A stretch of 64,000 nucleotides of DNA from Octopus vulgaris (GCA_951406725.2 OX597826.1:65658001-65722000), one strand, 5' to 3'; counted from the stretch's first letter, positions 29,440-42,558 are shown. The notes: generated from the letters alone by a model not told the origin. Made by a program: numbers and translations.

Positions 29440-29900
29440 TATATAATTTTAATCCAAACGGGAAACAAAAAAACAACAACAAGGGAACAATTACAGTATT
29501 ATTATTAATAGGCGCTCAGGAAATGGAAGCAGGGAGGTATGACGTTTCGAGCGGAGCTCTTCGTCGGAAACATAAAGAAGGAAGAGAGAGGAAAGAAAGA
29601 TCCCGGAGCGGGCAACGGAGATAGAGAAAAAAACGGCTGGTGTTAGCAGTAGCACATGGTGAAAGGCGGATGTTTACGATAACAGGAGCAAAGTGGGTTT
29701 TTAAAGGCAAAAGAGTGGAGACAAGGTTGGTAACGCAACAGATGTGTGTGTATGTGTGAGTGTGTGCGTGTGCGTGTGTGTATGTGTGTGTGTGAGGCGA
29801 GGTAAAAAAACAAAAAATATATGTATGTGTTAGTGTGTGCGTCTGTGTGTAGGCGTGTGAGGTAGGGCGAGACGGTGGTCAGCATAGCAGCAGCATAGCA
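29440..29900 (-). mobile_element. Probable PLE 3' end/pLTR with a hammerhead-like motif at 29538-29572
   Basis: Minus strand CCGACGA-AGAGC-TCC-GCTC-GAAA-CG-TC; flanked by (TA)n. Confidence 0.5.
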
Positions 29901-32006
29901 GACAAAGGTCAGTAGTGAGAAAAGGGAGGAAGGAGGAAGGGAGGGAGGGGAAGGGGGTGGGGGCGTATGTAGCGTGCCAGCGTGTGTTGAGTAGTAGTGT
30001 GTGTGTGTGTCCAGTGTCGTGGTAGTATTAGTGGCGAGTAGATTGAATGTGTGTAAGAGTGATGTATATGTTTAAGCAATGTGTGTATATGTGTGCGCGT
30101 GTGTGTAACGAAAAAAAGGGGGGGGTTAGGAAAAGGACTCCAGCGGAGGGGAAGATGGAAGAGTGGTACCGCGGAGACGGGCGTGGGAAAACCCAACGAC
30201 AAGCGACATCCCAGGAACGGGCGGGAGGTCTCGTCGGGTCCAAGGGCGAGGTGCATGCGCGCGCATGCGTGCGCGAACAGCGCAAACGCGTGTGTGCGCG
30301 GGCCTGCGAGTGTGCGCGTACGTATGTGTGCGTGTGGATGTGTGAGTGTGTCTGTGTGTATGTCTGGGTGGCAGTGTGTCCGATGAATGTATGTGAGTAT
30401 GTGTGTATGTATGTGTGTGCATAGATGTATGTCCGTGTGTGTGTGTGTGTGTATGTGTGTATGAGTGTGTATGTATGTACGTGTGGGTGTGGGGAAGTGT
30501 GTGTATGTGCATGTGTGTGCGCGAACATACAGGTGTGTGAGTGAGTGTGTGTGTGTATGTATGTGTGAGTGTGTATGTATGTGTGTGTAGGATGCATGTA
30601 TGTGTATGGGTGTATGTATGCGTGTGTGTATGTATGTATGTGTACGTGCGTGTGTGTGTGTGTATGCGTGTAGGTGTGCGCGTGTGCATGCGTGCATGTA
30701 TGTGCGTATGTGTGTGTGTGTGCATGTGTGTGGGTATATATGTGTGTGCGTATATGTGTGTGTATGTGCGTACATGTGTGTGTGTGTGCATGTGTGTGTG
30801 TAGGTGTGTAGGCGTGTGTGTATAGGTGTATGTATGTAAGTATGTATGGGTGTGTCCGTGTATGTGTGTATGTATGTGTGTGTATGTAGCTGTGTGGGCG
30901 TGTGTATATGTGTGTGTATGTAGGTGTGTAGGCGTGTGTATATAGGTGTATGTATGTATGTCTGGGTGTGTCCGTGCATGTTGTGTGTGTGTGTGTGTGT
31001 GCATGTGTATGTAGGTGTGTGTGTACGTGTGTAATGTATGTGTGTATGCGTGTGTATGCGTGCGTGTGTGTATGTAGGTGCGTGTGTATGTGTGTGGGAG
31101 TGTAGGTGTGTGTGTGCGTGTGCGTGTTTATGTTGGTGTGTGCGTATGTGAGTGTGAGTGTATGAGTGTTTGTCATGCATGTGTGTGCGCGTGCAGGTGA
31201 GTGTGTGTGTAAGTATGTGTGTGTGTATGTTTGTGTGAGTGTGTATGTGTGTATGTCTGTGTGTATGTATGTGCGTATAGGAGTATGTAGGTATGTGTGT
31301 GTGTATGTATATGGGTGTATGTATGTGTGTGTGTGTGCATGTGTATAAGTATATGCGTGTGTGCGTAGGTGTGTGTATGTGTATGTGTGTGTGTTTATGT
31401 ATGTGTGTATGTATGTGTGTAGGCGTGAGTGTGTAGATGTATCTATGTATGGGTGTGTGTCAGTGTGTGTTTTTGTGTGTGTGTAGGTAGATGTGTGTGT
31501 CTGAGTGAGGGTATGGCTGTGTAGGTGTGTGTGTGTATGAATGTAAGTGTGTGCGTATACAAGTGTAATGTATGTATGTGGGTGTGTGTGTGTGTGTGTA
31601 TGTGTACGTGTGCGTGTGTATGTGTGTGTGTGTATGCGTGTGAGTGTGGGTGTATGGGTGTATGTCTGTGTGTGTGTATGTCTGAAGTGGGTATGTGTGT
31701 GTATGTATGTATGTGTGTGTGTGTGCGGGTATGTGTGTGTGTGTATGTGTGTGTGTGAGTAGGTGTGCGTGTATGTATGTGGGTAGGGATGCATGCGAGT
31801 GTGTGGGTATGTATGCAAACATACGCAAGCGCACATCCGAAGCAAGCCCACACACACGAAGCGCGCTCACGCACACAACGCACAAGCAGTGCAACGCAAG
31901 CCCAAAGGGGCCGACCGAGCCCCCAGCGCGCGCCAAGGCGCGCGAGCGCAAAGGCCCTCGAACGCCCCGCTACGCGGGAACCGAGGATCCATCAGCCAAA
32001 ACCGGA
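29900..32006. repeat. Long degenerate (TG/TA)-rich low-complexity tract next to the gap
   Basis: Irregular GTGTAT mosaic that generates the 423-aa and 609-aa His/Thr ORFs. Confidence 0.85.
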
Positions 32007-32106
32007 NNNNNNNNNNNNNNNNNNNNNNNNNNNNNNNNNNNNNNNNNNNNNNNNNNNNNNNNNNNNNNNNNNNNNNNNNNNNNNNNNNNNNNNNNNNNNN
32101 NNNNNN
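32007..32106. other. Assembly gap (100 N)
   Basis: Run of N. Confidence 1.
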
Positions 32107-32467
32107 ATTGGTTTACATTTATGAAAGCATACATTTATATATGCGAATACATACGTTCTCGCATACATATATATAGACACACGTATTTATTCATATACAA
32201 AGAGAAAATTTTAATCATTTATAAGGGAGAAATTGTTTATATTTAAAAACATCAAGCTCTATATCCGTCTACACACACATGCATGCGCGCGCACACACAC
32301 ACACATTCTCATTGTCTTTGTCTGTCTGTCTTTCTCCCCTCCCCCCTATCTTCCCCTCTCTCTTAATATCTGTAGTATAGATCTCTATGTATCTATTCCT
32401 AATGTTGGAATTAATATTAATGTATTAATCCTACACACGCACATGCACACATGTATATATGTATATG

Positions 32468-32556
<89 letters not shown>

Positions 32557-33474
32557 GCGTGTGTGTGTATGTGTGTGTAGGTGTGTGTGTATATATGCAT
32601 GTATACGCATATCTCTATATATATGCCTGTGTATATATAACTACCTATCAACTTACCTACATACAGACAACGTACATATGTGTATATGTGTGTGTGTGTG
32701 TGAGTGAGTGTGTATATATGTGTGTATGTATGTGTATGTGTGTGCGTGTGTGTGTGTGTGTGTCCACGCTCGTGTGTTAGTGCATGCATATCATCCCTAA
32801 ATCTGATATTCTTCTCTTTCATTCAGCGTACCCGCTGAATCGTTTTGCTCGGAGAAATATTCTCATAATTGCTAAATATTTATTCCGCATAATTACTATA
32901 ATAACCTATTCCCGCTTGTTGGCCTTGATTTTTATCTCTTACGATTGCTATCGGGTAAAATTGAGCTCTCTCGAAACGTTTTATTACATGGCGGATCGTT
33001 TGTAAAATGTGCTCTTCATATTTCGTTTTATATCAGTTTATCTAGAGTTTCGGTGATGGGAGACGATTAAACCTTCAGAACGAAGCTGCAGAATAACTGG
33101 TGGAACCGCGTTGTGTCCACTGCGTGTCCGGAGATAGGGTAATGTTACAGGTTTTGTGTTGCATTATTCTATATATTGCTCGACTTTATTTTTGTTTATT
33201 CGAGGGTCTTTTTATTTTAGTTGTGTCTATATAACACTTCATCAATACGCACTCTTTCCCCCACACGAATGCACGCACGAACGCTCACAACCACACCCAC
33301 ACATTTGCACACACGCATGCTGACGACCACCCCCGCACAAATATAGAACTTTGCTAAACGAAGCATGCAAGTCACGTGTGTGCATACATACACACACTCT
33401 CTCTGCTCTGCTCTCTCTCTCTCTCTCTCTCTCTCTCCCTTATACATACACACGTATATATGTATGGATATATA

Positions 33475-33982
33475 CAGGAGCACTCCGTCGGTTACAACGA
33501 CGAGGGTCTCAGCTGATACGATCAACGGAACAGCTTGTTCGTGAAATTAACGTACAAGTGACTGAGCAATCTTCAGACACGAGTACTCCCTTAACGTAGT
33601 TCTCAGGGAGATTCAGCGTGACACAAAGTGTGACAAGGCCGGCCCTTTGAAATTCAGGTACAACTCATTTTTGCTAGCTGATTGGACTGGAGTAACGTGA
33701 AATAAAGTGTCTTGCTCAAGGACACAACGCGTCGCCGGGAATTGAACTCACGACCTTACAATCGTGAGCCGAATGCCCTAACCACTAACCAATTCCCGGC
33801 GATGCGTTCTGTCCTTGAGCAAAGCACTTTATATCACGTTGCTCCAGTCCACTCAGCTGGCAAAAATGAGTTGTACCAGTATTTCAAAAGGGCCAGTCTA
33901 GTCACATTTGATGTGTCACGCTGAATTTCCCTGAGAACTATGTTAAGGGTACATATATAGATGGAGTGTTCAGCCACTTGCC
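33475..33982. mobile_element. Head-to-head inverted pair of SINE family D copies (minus 33475-33790; plus 33791-33982)
   Basis: 33791-33950 is a diverged reverse complement of ~33590-33745. Confidence 0.8.
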
Positions 33983-34054
33983 TGCTGCTGTTTCGGACGC
34001 GAGCCAAGGTGAAGAGGTCGCAGGTGCTGAGCTCGTCAATAGTGGCTATATATA

Positions 34055-34700
34055 TATATATAATACAAAAATGGGACAAGAACGCAAAACAACGAGACAG
34101 ATAGGTGATACAAAAAAGGGACAACAAAACATCGAGATACAAAGAAAACAAGGACGAGTCATTCGGAGTTTTCTTTCCTCGGTCAAATTCCAGATTATCT
34201 TTGCAATTCCGGCTGGTTATACTTGAGATTGCTCCAATCTGGCCAGACCCAAGAAAAAAAACTAAGCTAAGAGCACAAGGTTCCTTGGAAGAAAGGAGCG
34301 AATGTATACGAAAACAAGGACGATAAAAAACGGAGAAATGGTACACAAATACAGGACATTAACAGTGGGTGTCTTTTGACTAAGGACGAATCAAATAAAG
34401 CTGGCGTGTGTGGAAGTAAAGCCTTACGGCAGAGACATAAGATTTTACAGGCACAGGGAGGAATATAGATGTTGTACGGATGGTAGTCGAACCGAGAAAG
34501 AAAGGTCAGGCTTGGCCGAACACCGGTCACATGGGGAGAGAAGAGAGAGAGGAAGAGGGACAGAGTGAAGTGAAAGAGGAGGGAAGGTTAGCATGAAGAG
34601 AAGGTCAGGAAATATGAGAGAGGGGAAACGAAAGAACGAAGAGTGGAATGAACGAAGTGTGAAGGGGCTGATAGAAAGAAGGAAAGAATGAAAGAATAGA
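34055..34700. mobile_element. Dispersed repeat (AATACAAAAATGGGACAAGAACGC family), a longer copy of the arm in the adjacent foldback
   Basis: 34061-34220 aligns with 34789-34941. Confidence 0.6.
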
Positions 34701-34743
34701 AAGAATAATAGAGTCGTACAAAATTTATATATATACTTACATA

Positions 34744-35145
34744 TAAGAGACCAACGTGTACGTACGCCGCTATATTTTTATGTATAAAAATACAAAAATG
34801 GGACAAGAACGCAAGTATCCAGAAAGTTATGATACAAAAAGGGACAACAAAAATCCAGACAAACGATACAAGAAAACAAGGGTGGGTCATTCGAGTTTTT
34901 CCTGAGTCGAGTTCCAGATTATCTTTGCAATTTCAGCTGGTTCGAAATTGCAAAGATAATCTGGAACTCGACTCAGGAAAGAAAACTCCGAATGACCCAC
35001 CCTTGTTTTCTTTGTATCGTTTGTCTGGATGTTTTGTTGTCCCTTTTTTGTATCACCTAACTTTCTGGATACTTTGCGTTCTTGTCCCATTTTTGTATTT
35101 TTTATATATAAAAATATAGTGGCGTTCATACACATTGGTCTCTTA
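34744..35145. repeat. ~400-bp foldback palindrome
   Basis: TAAGAGACCAACGTGTA... pairs with ...TACACATTGGTCTCTTA throughout, to a ~9-nt loop near 34934-34942. Confidence 0.9.
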
Positions 35146-35933
35146 AATTTTATACAGACCCCAAAGGATCATATAGACCCCGGCTAAGAATCCCTTATTT
35201 AGACGATTCTATTGGAATTTGTGTCGTTGGCAGTGTTGGTTGTGTTCGTTTGTACCACTTCCCGTACAGTCTTTCATCCGATGTCCATCCTCGCTCCTTG
35301 TTGTTCCGTCACGTTTCGCTCCAGCTCACCTTTTTGTATCCTACCGGTCCATCTTGACACTAATCTATCTCTCTTTTTAGCTCCCCCCATCGGGTTCCGC
35401 CTAATCTTTTACAATGCTAATAACCATGCAACTCCTCTACTGCAAGGTGCCTGTTCTGTTCATACCCCGTGTTTCATAGATCTACGTTTTCATTTCCTAA
35501 CATAAAGCCACACCCCTCTCTCCTTCAGTCCTACTCACTCAAAGATCAAAGTCTTGCAAGCTGCACGGCGACCGCTCTTATTCCCCCCTCCCCCCACATA
35601 AACACCCAATATACTCTGTAATGTGGTTGATGTTAGGAAGGCCATCTAGCCATGGTAACCATGCCAAGTCAGACATTGGAACACGAGGAAGTTCCCGGAT
35701 CTGTCAAAGTGTGAAATCCATGCCAGTGCAGACGGACGTTAAAAGATGATGATGAGGATCATCATCATCATCATCATTATCACCATCATCATCATAATCA
35801 TCTTCATCATTATAATTATCATTATTATCATCTGCACTGCATCAGCATTCATCATCGACGTCGTCATCGTCATCATCGTCGCTACCACCACCACCACCAC
35901 CACCACCATCACCACCATCACCACCATCACCAC

Positions 35934-36014
<81 letters not shown>

Positions 36015-36521
36015 GTAGTATCGAAATGCTGCAAGTAAGTTGTTATTTGGTTAATTATTACCTGTAAATTCTCTGTAGCAGGAATTTAGTTAACATTTTT
36101 ATGAGATTTATCTGCAGTGAATCACTAATCGGTCCATAGCAACGCTATTTGAGCACAAATATCAACCGACGTTATTGTTCACAAATGCATCCAGTAAAAC
36201 ACCCATCTCTACCCCCACTCCACTGCATCCCACCGTCTCTACAGTAGCCATGTTGCTAAATATTTCTACTGCGAAGGCAGAAACAAATAAACAATTAACA
36301 ATATTTCATCTCTCAAATAAGCCTTCCTCTTATTACTTTATAAACACAAGTTAAACAGAATCTGCTTTTAAGTCACGACTTTCTGTGGTAAATTAATCAT
36401 TGCCAAACCTTTTCCATCATAACTTAAATTGTTACCATGTACAACAACAAAATAACAAACAAGATAACAATTAACAACGACTTTAACAAGAACAATAATA
36501 AACCATACATTCAATTTGATG

Positions 36522-36575
<54 letters not shown>

Positions 36576-37068
36576 GTAACAATAATAATAATAAACAGAA
36601 ATTAGTGTAAGTAGAAATAAAGTGCTCAAACAATGACTCAGGCAACACATAAATTTATCGTTAATGCTGGTTTATCTCTCTCTATTCAGTATCCTGGCGC
36701 CATTTTTGTTCAAAAACAGACGTTTATTTTCTCAGCAGCATTTCGGTAAGAAAGCAAAACGATTAACTTAGGCACTTGTTACTTCCCACAGACATTTTCA
36801 TTTGAATAATTAGAGATGAACGTTTCAAAGAAATCTAGGAATTTTGACTCGTTCTTTCCGTACTTTATTAATCTAATTTGTACACTTAATATCTTCCATC
36901 TTTTAAGTTTATAGCTGCTGACTCTCATCACATTGTTCTAATTTTAATATACTATTTATAAAATACTACGTATGGTATAATACACTATTTAGAATATAAT
37001 ATTTATCATGCTACTTAAACCGTTTAAACTATATCATTTAGAATATATTACTTAACCTATTACAGTGA

Positions 37069-37562
37069 AGGAAGGTGGCGAGGTGGAAGAATCGTTAGCG
37101 CGCCGGGCTAAATGCTTAGCGGCGGCATCATCATCATCTTCTTCTTCTTCTTCTTTTTCTTCTTCTTCGCCGGCAGAATCGTTAGCACGCCGGGCGAAAT
37201 GCTTATTGGTATTTCGTCTGCCGCAACGTTCTGAGTTCAAATTCCGCCGAGGTCGACTTTGCCTTTCATCCTTTCGGGGTCGATTAAATAAGTACCAGTT
37301 ACGCACTGGGGACGATATAATCGACTTAATCCGTTTGTCTGTCCTTGTTTATCCTCTTTGTGTTTAGCCCCTTGTGGGTAGTAAAGAAATAGGTATTTCG
37401 TCTGCCGTTACATTCTGAGTTCATATTCCGCCGAGGTCGACTTTACCTTTCATCCTTTCGGGGTCGATGAAATAAATATCAGTTACGCGCTCGGGTCGAT
37501 GTAATCGACTAGCCCTCTTCCCCACAAAATTTCCAAAGCCTTGTGTCCATAGCAGAAAGGAT
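37069..37562 (+). mobile_element. Nested SINE A inside SINE A
   Basis: Outer head 37069-37125; inner copy ~37168-37395; outer body resumes at GGTATTTCGTCTGCCG 37392. Confidence 0.75.
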
Positions 37563-38235
37563 TATTATTACTATTCAGTTTCTGAAAATGTGGCAACTTG
37601 ATAGAATCGTTAGCGCATCGGGAAAAATATTTAAGTGCATTTCTTCCGAATCTTAATGTTCTGAGTTCAAATCTTGCCTAGGTCAACTTTGCCTTTTTTC
37701 CTGTCAATGACAATAAAATAAAGTACTAATCAAGTACTAAGGTCGATGTAATCAATTGACCCCTCAACAATTGATGGCCTTGTGTCAAAATTTGAAACTA
37801 AACAGGCAGTAGAATCATCAACGAGTTGGAGAAAATGCTTTGCAGTATTTCTTTCAGCTTTTCACGATCTAGGTCCGACTTGGCCATTGATCCTTTCCGG
37901 AATGATGAAATAAATACCTGTTGAATACTGGGGAGTTAATTTAATCGATTTACACCATCTCTTATAACTGATGGACTTGTGTCAAAATTTGAAACCATTA
38001 CAGTGAATGGGTAAAATTTGTTGCGTATGAAACTGAACGTCTTACACAACTTAGTTTTGATGTTCTACGATCTGTTTTCAAATCTTACCAAGGTTGAACT
38101 TATCCCTCAGGAATCAATACAATAAGAAGCAGCTATATATTGACTTTACCACGCATTTACAAGTCTGTGGCTTCGTATCAATGAAATGATGTATCGTTAT
38201 ATTACTTATACTTTTATCGGCACCATACAGCAAAA

Positions 38236-38472
38236 ATACCTATTTCTTTATTACCCACAAGGGGCTAAACACAGAGGGGACAAACAAGGACAGACATAGG
38301 TATTAAGTCGATTACATCGACCCCAGTGCGTAACTGGTACTTATTTAATCGACCCCGAAAGGATGAAAGGCAAAGTCGACCTCGGCGGAATTTGAACTCA
38401 GAACGTAACGGCAGACGAAATACCGCTAAGCATTTCGCCCAGCGTGCTAATGTTTCTGCCAGCTCGCCACCT
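38236..38472 (-). mobile_element. SINE family A, full length, young
   Basis: Nearly identical to 42320-42558. Confidence 0.9.
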
Positions 38473-38898
38473 TTTTGTTTTTGACTTGTGAAATTACTTC
38501 AATAGCTGCTGTGGTGTGTAGGACGGATCTGGCTACCAGTCGAACCCACCGTGAAAATAAATATTCTCACCACCTTCCTTTATATTTCTGAACCCATATT
38601 CCATATTTCTATTTCTATATTTGCTTTTCAACTCTACCTTTCTTCCCTGGCTCATTAGTTGATGATTTTTCTTGGTCAGGAAGGGAAACGAGGAGTGTTG
38701 TGGATATAATTGGTGGTAAGATATGACCAGGAAGGGAGAGACAGTTTCATAACATGGTGGTGGTGATAGCGGTCTTGGTGTTAGAGAATTTGGTTTATTA
38801 CAGAAGAACGCCATTAGAGACAAGAAAAAAATGTAAAAGATTGCGTAACTATAAGAATTTGATATTACGAACCGGACGTGATTTTAAGTTGAAAAATG

Positions 38899-38955
<57 letters not shown>

Positions 38956-39113
38956 TGAAGAAAGGAATATAATGAAAATTCAAAAGCAATCCTGAAAAAC
39001 ATTAAGTTATTACCAGAAACATATTTTCAAGGCATGTTGGGATGAAGAAAGTGATCGTGTGTCATTGGGTTCGTTTGCAGTGGGTGTGTGTATGTACATA
39101 TGATTACACTTTA

Positions 39114-39144
<31 letters not shown>

Positions 39145-39324
39145 ACACACACACACGCACACATTCACTTGTGCACCCACATATTGTTGTAAATTGTTGA
39201 GCGACAATGCTTGTTTGCTGTTGACACTACAGCGAAGTGTATGAAGCTCTTTTGTTCACTAACAGTTCGAGTTAACAATAAGAACGTGTTGAACAAGGAC
39301 TCTGAAGTAAGAATAATAATAATT

Positions 39325-39436
<112 letters not shown>

Positions 39437-39779
39437 TAATAATGATGACGATGATGATGATAAGAACAACAACAACAGCAGCAGAAACAGCAGCAACAAC
39501 AACTGCAATGACTACGATCAGTTCCTCAAACCACCACCACCGACACCACCACCACCACCACCACCACCACCACCACCACTAACAACAACGATAACATCAA
39601 TAACACCTACACCACCACCACCAACAACAACAATACTAACACCAACACCATCACCACCAACAACAACAACACTAACACCAACACCATCACCATCACCACC
39701 ACCACCACCACCACCACCACCACCACCACCACAGCTATAATAACTACAATAATATACCAAATAAGGAAAACAATGCCAA

Positions 39780-40045
39780 TTATTTATTTGAGCAAAAGAG
39801 TTTGACTAACGAGAAAGATAAATGCCACCATGGGACCATTGCTAAGGGAAATGTTGTTGATGTAAATATTGGTTCAACTGAAGCAGAAATACCAAGGGAG
39901 AATGGTTTCCTTCCTAAGTTACAGTAATTGTGAAGGGGTGTGGTGGCGTTCATACACATTCCTGTGCAGACGCACACAGCGCCATCTGTTTCAGTTTTGT
40001 TCAGACGCCTGGTGTTTCCGATGAAATTTCCACTCCAATATACAT
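39780..40045 (-). CDS. Candidate terminal coding exon: Cys-rich peptide with a hydrophobic C-terminus
   Basis: TTTAG acceptor at 40050-40046; open non-repetitive frame DVYWSGNFIG..DGAVCVCTGMCMNA..NYCN..LAMVPWWHLSFSLVKLFCSNK*; AATAAA at the stop; no homology confirmed. Confidence 0.4.
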
Positions 40046-40063
40046 CTAAACATACATACACTC

Positions 40064-40583
40064 AAGGCAGTGAACTGGCAGAATCGTTAGCACGCCGGAC
40101 AAATCGCTTAACGGTGTTTCGTCTGTATTTATATTCTGAGTTCAAATTCTACCGTCGTCAACTTTGCCTTTCATTATTTTGGGTTCGATAAAATAAGTAC
40201 CAGTTGAGCACTGAAGATCAATGTGATCGACTTACCCTATTCCCAAAAAATTACTGGCCGTATTATTGTGAAGAAATTCCTTCAAGTATTTTGTCCGACG
40301 CGCTAACTATTCTGTCGGCTTCCCTCATTTTCAGGAACTGAGCAGATATGATAATAATCCTTTCCACTAAAAGCACAAGGCCTGAAATTTTTTTTGTTGG
40401 GTGGGGTGGGGGGATAGTCGATTACATCGATTCCAGTACTCAACTGGTACTTATTTTATCGAAACCGAATGAATGAATTGCAAAGTCGACCTCAGCAGAA
40501 TTTGAACTTCAGGACGTAAACGTGGACGAAATACTACTAGGCATTTTGCCCGGTATGCTAACGATTCTGCCAGCTCGCCGCTT
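40064..40583. mobile_element. Convergent SINE A copies (plus 40064-40260; minus 40355-40583)
   Basis: Family A head and core on opposite strands. Confidence 0.75.
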
Positions 40584-40609
40584 TTGTAGTAGTACTCGTA
40601 GTAGTAGTG

Positions 40610-40645
<36 letters not shown>

Positions 40646-40648
40646 CTC

Positions 40649-40679
<31 letters not shown>

Positions 40680-40705
40680 TGGTAGTAGTAGTAGTAGTAG
40701 TACTC

Positions 40706-40736
<31 letters not shown>

Positions 40737-40762
40737 TGGTAGTAGTAGTAGTAGTAGTACTC

Positions 40763-40804
<42 letters not shown>

Positions 40805-40816
40805 CTAGTAGTAGTA

Positions 40817-40849
<33 letters not shown>

Positions 40850-40861
40850 ATGATGATGATG

Positions 40862-40922
<61 letters not shown>

Positions 40923-40951
40923 TGATGATAATAATAATAATAATAATAATG

Positions 40952-41012
<61 letters not shown>

Positions 41013-41185
41013 TAATGGCTCCACATTTCTGTACAAGCCCAGCAATTTAAAGGATCCGATGAAGCTATAAAGTGTTACTCAGGCACTTAACTTATAAACC
41101 CACTACATCTAATTGCAGAAACAGCTGTAAGCTAATGAAGTTCATAAGATAATCGCTTATTCTTTTGGCAACTCATTTTCTTATG

Positions 41186-41226
<41 letters not shown>

Positions 41227-41339
41227 CAAAATGAGATAACAAAGCCAACGCTGTGAGGAGTTTTCAGGACATTTATAAGGAAAAAATAAGAAAATGGAAA
41301 TTGTGAAGTCAATAAGAGTTTAGTACCAACAGCAAATTC

Positions 41340-41594
41340 GATCATTATCTCTTACAGCTGTTCCAATTATATACAGTGAAATTAAATAAATATTAAGTTC
41401 ATATTTCTGAGTATAATCTCTTCAGAGAGAAAAATATACCCTTACATGTTTTGTATTGTTTGTACAAGCAAAACAACATACAAAACATCTAAGGGTATAT
41501 TTTGCCCTTTGAAGAGATTATACTCAGAAATATGAACTTAATATTTATTTAATTTCACTGTGTATAATTGAAACAGCTGTAAGGGATAATGATC
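41340..41594. repeat. ~255-bp palindrome, each arm carrying a minimal hammerhead motif
   Basis: Arms 41340-41456 and 41478-41594 are reverse complements; (C/T)TGAAGA-GATTATAC..RTATAATT-G(A/G)AA-CAGCTG-TA-AGRG. Confidence 0.85.
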
Positions 41595-42319
41595 AATTCG
41601 TTATTAACTTCACAATCTCCATTTTCTTATTCTTCTTCCTTTATATAAATACAAACCACAGTTTATATACACACCTATTATTTTAAGGAAATCAATTCCC
41701 CTCGTATACAAACGAGTGAGTAGACAAATGAAAGAATGGCACTCAACCAATTTATTGAGAGTTACATGTATCAAAACAGTTTGATTCAAATTCATTGGTA
41801 CTCTAGAGTTTCAAGCGTGATGCTAGTCGTCAGCCATTTTGAATTTAAATGACGGAAGTTGATATTACCGTGAAATGGGCTGTGATTAGTCGAGGAAGGT
41901 CACGCGGTGTCGTGGTTTAATGCTGGTATATGGGTAACAGTTAGTTGGAAAATACCACATCGCAAACAGGAAATTGACCACGTGGGGGACAGGAAACAAA
42001 AAAAACGTGGTTATTGGAAATCGGTCAGGTTGTTGGAAGGGGAAAGCAGGAAGGGGCGGCATGTGCAAGTATATAGTTTTATATGTGGATGTGCAGACGC
42101 GCTCATATAGTTTTGCGTGCATGTGTATATTGATGTGAATGTGCACATCTGTACATGGGCACATACACACACATACACACACACGCTTCAACGAACACGC
42201 ACGCGAGCACGCGTACCGATATGCACACGCATGCGCACGCATGCACACACATACACGCATACACACACATGTGTATTCATTCATATGTTCATATGCATAT
42301 TCGCATACATGTACGCATG

Positions 42320-42558
42320 TATACCTATTTCTTTATTACCCACAAGGGGCTAAACATAGAGGGGACAAACAAGGACAGACATAGGTATTAAGTCGATTAC
42401 ATCGACCCCAGTGCGTAACTGGTACTTAATTTATCGACCCCGAAAGGATGAAAGGTAAAGTCAACCTCAGCGGAATTTGAACTCACAACGTTGCGCCAGA
42501 CGAAATACCGCTAAGCATTTCGCCCGGCACGCTAACGTTTCTGCCAGCTCGCCGCCTT
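42320..42558 (-). mobile_element. SINE family A with 14-bp TSD
   Basis: TACGCATGTATACC at 42312-42325 and 42559-42572. Confidence 0.9.

Noticed and set aside
29909-31857. 423-aa and 609-aa His/Thr-rich ORFs
   Set aside because: These are translations of a degenerate (TG)n tract beside an assembly gap, with no domain content and possibly low-quality sequence.
36062-36268. Minus-strand exon-like segment with acceptor and donor
   Set aside because: All three frames contain stops; a non-coding exon cannot be supported from sequence alone.
36690-36745. 56-nt plus-strand micro-exon with good acceptor and GTAAG donor
   Set aside because: It has no recognisable peptide or partner exons, and such signals arise by chance.
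38533-38823. 96-aa minus ORF containing PPPCYETV (PPxY-like)
   Set aside because: There are no clear splice signals or homology, and a single short motif is insufficient.
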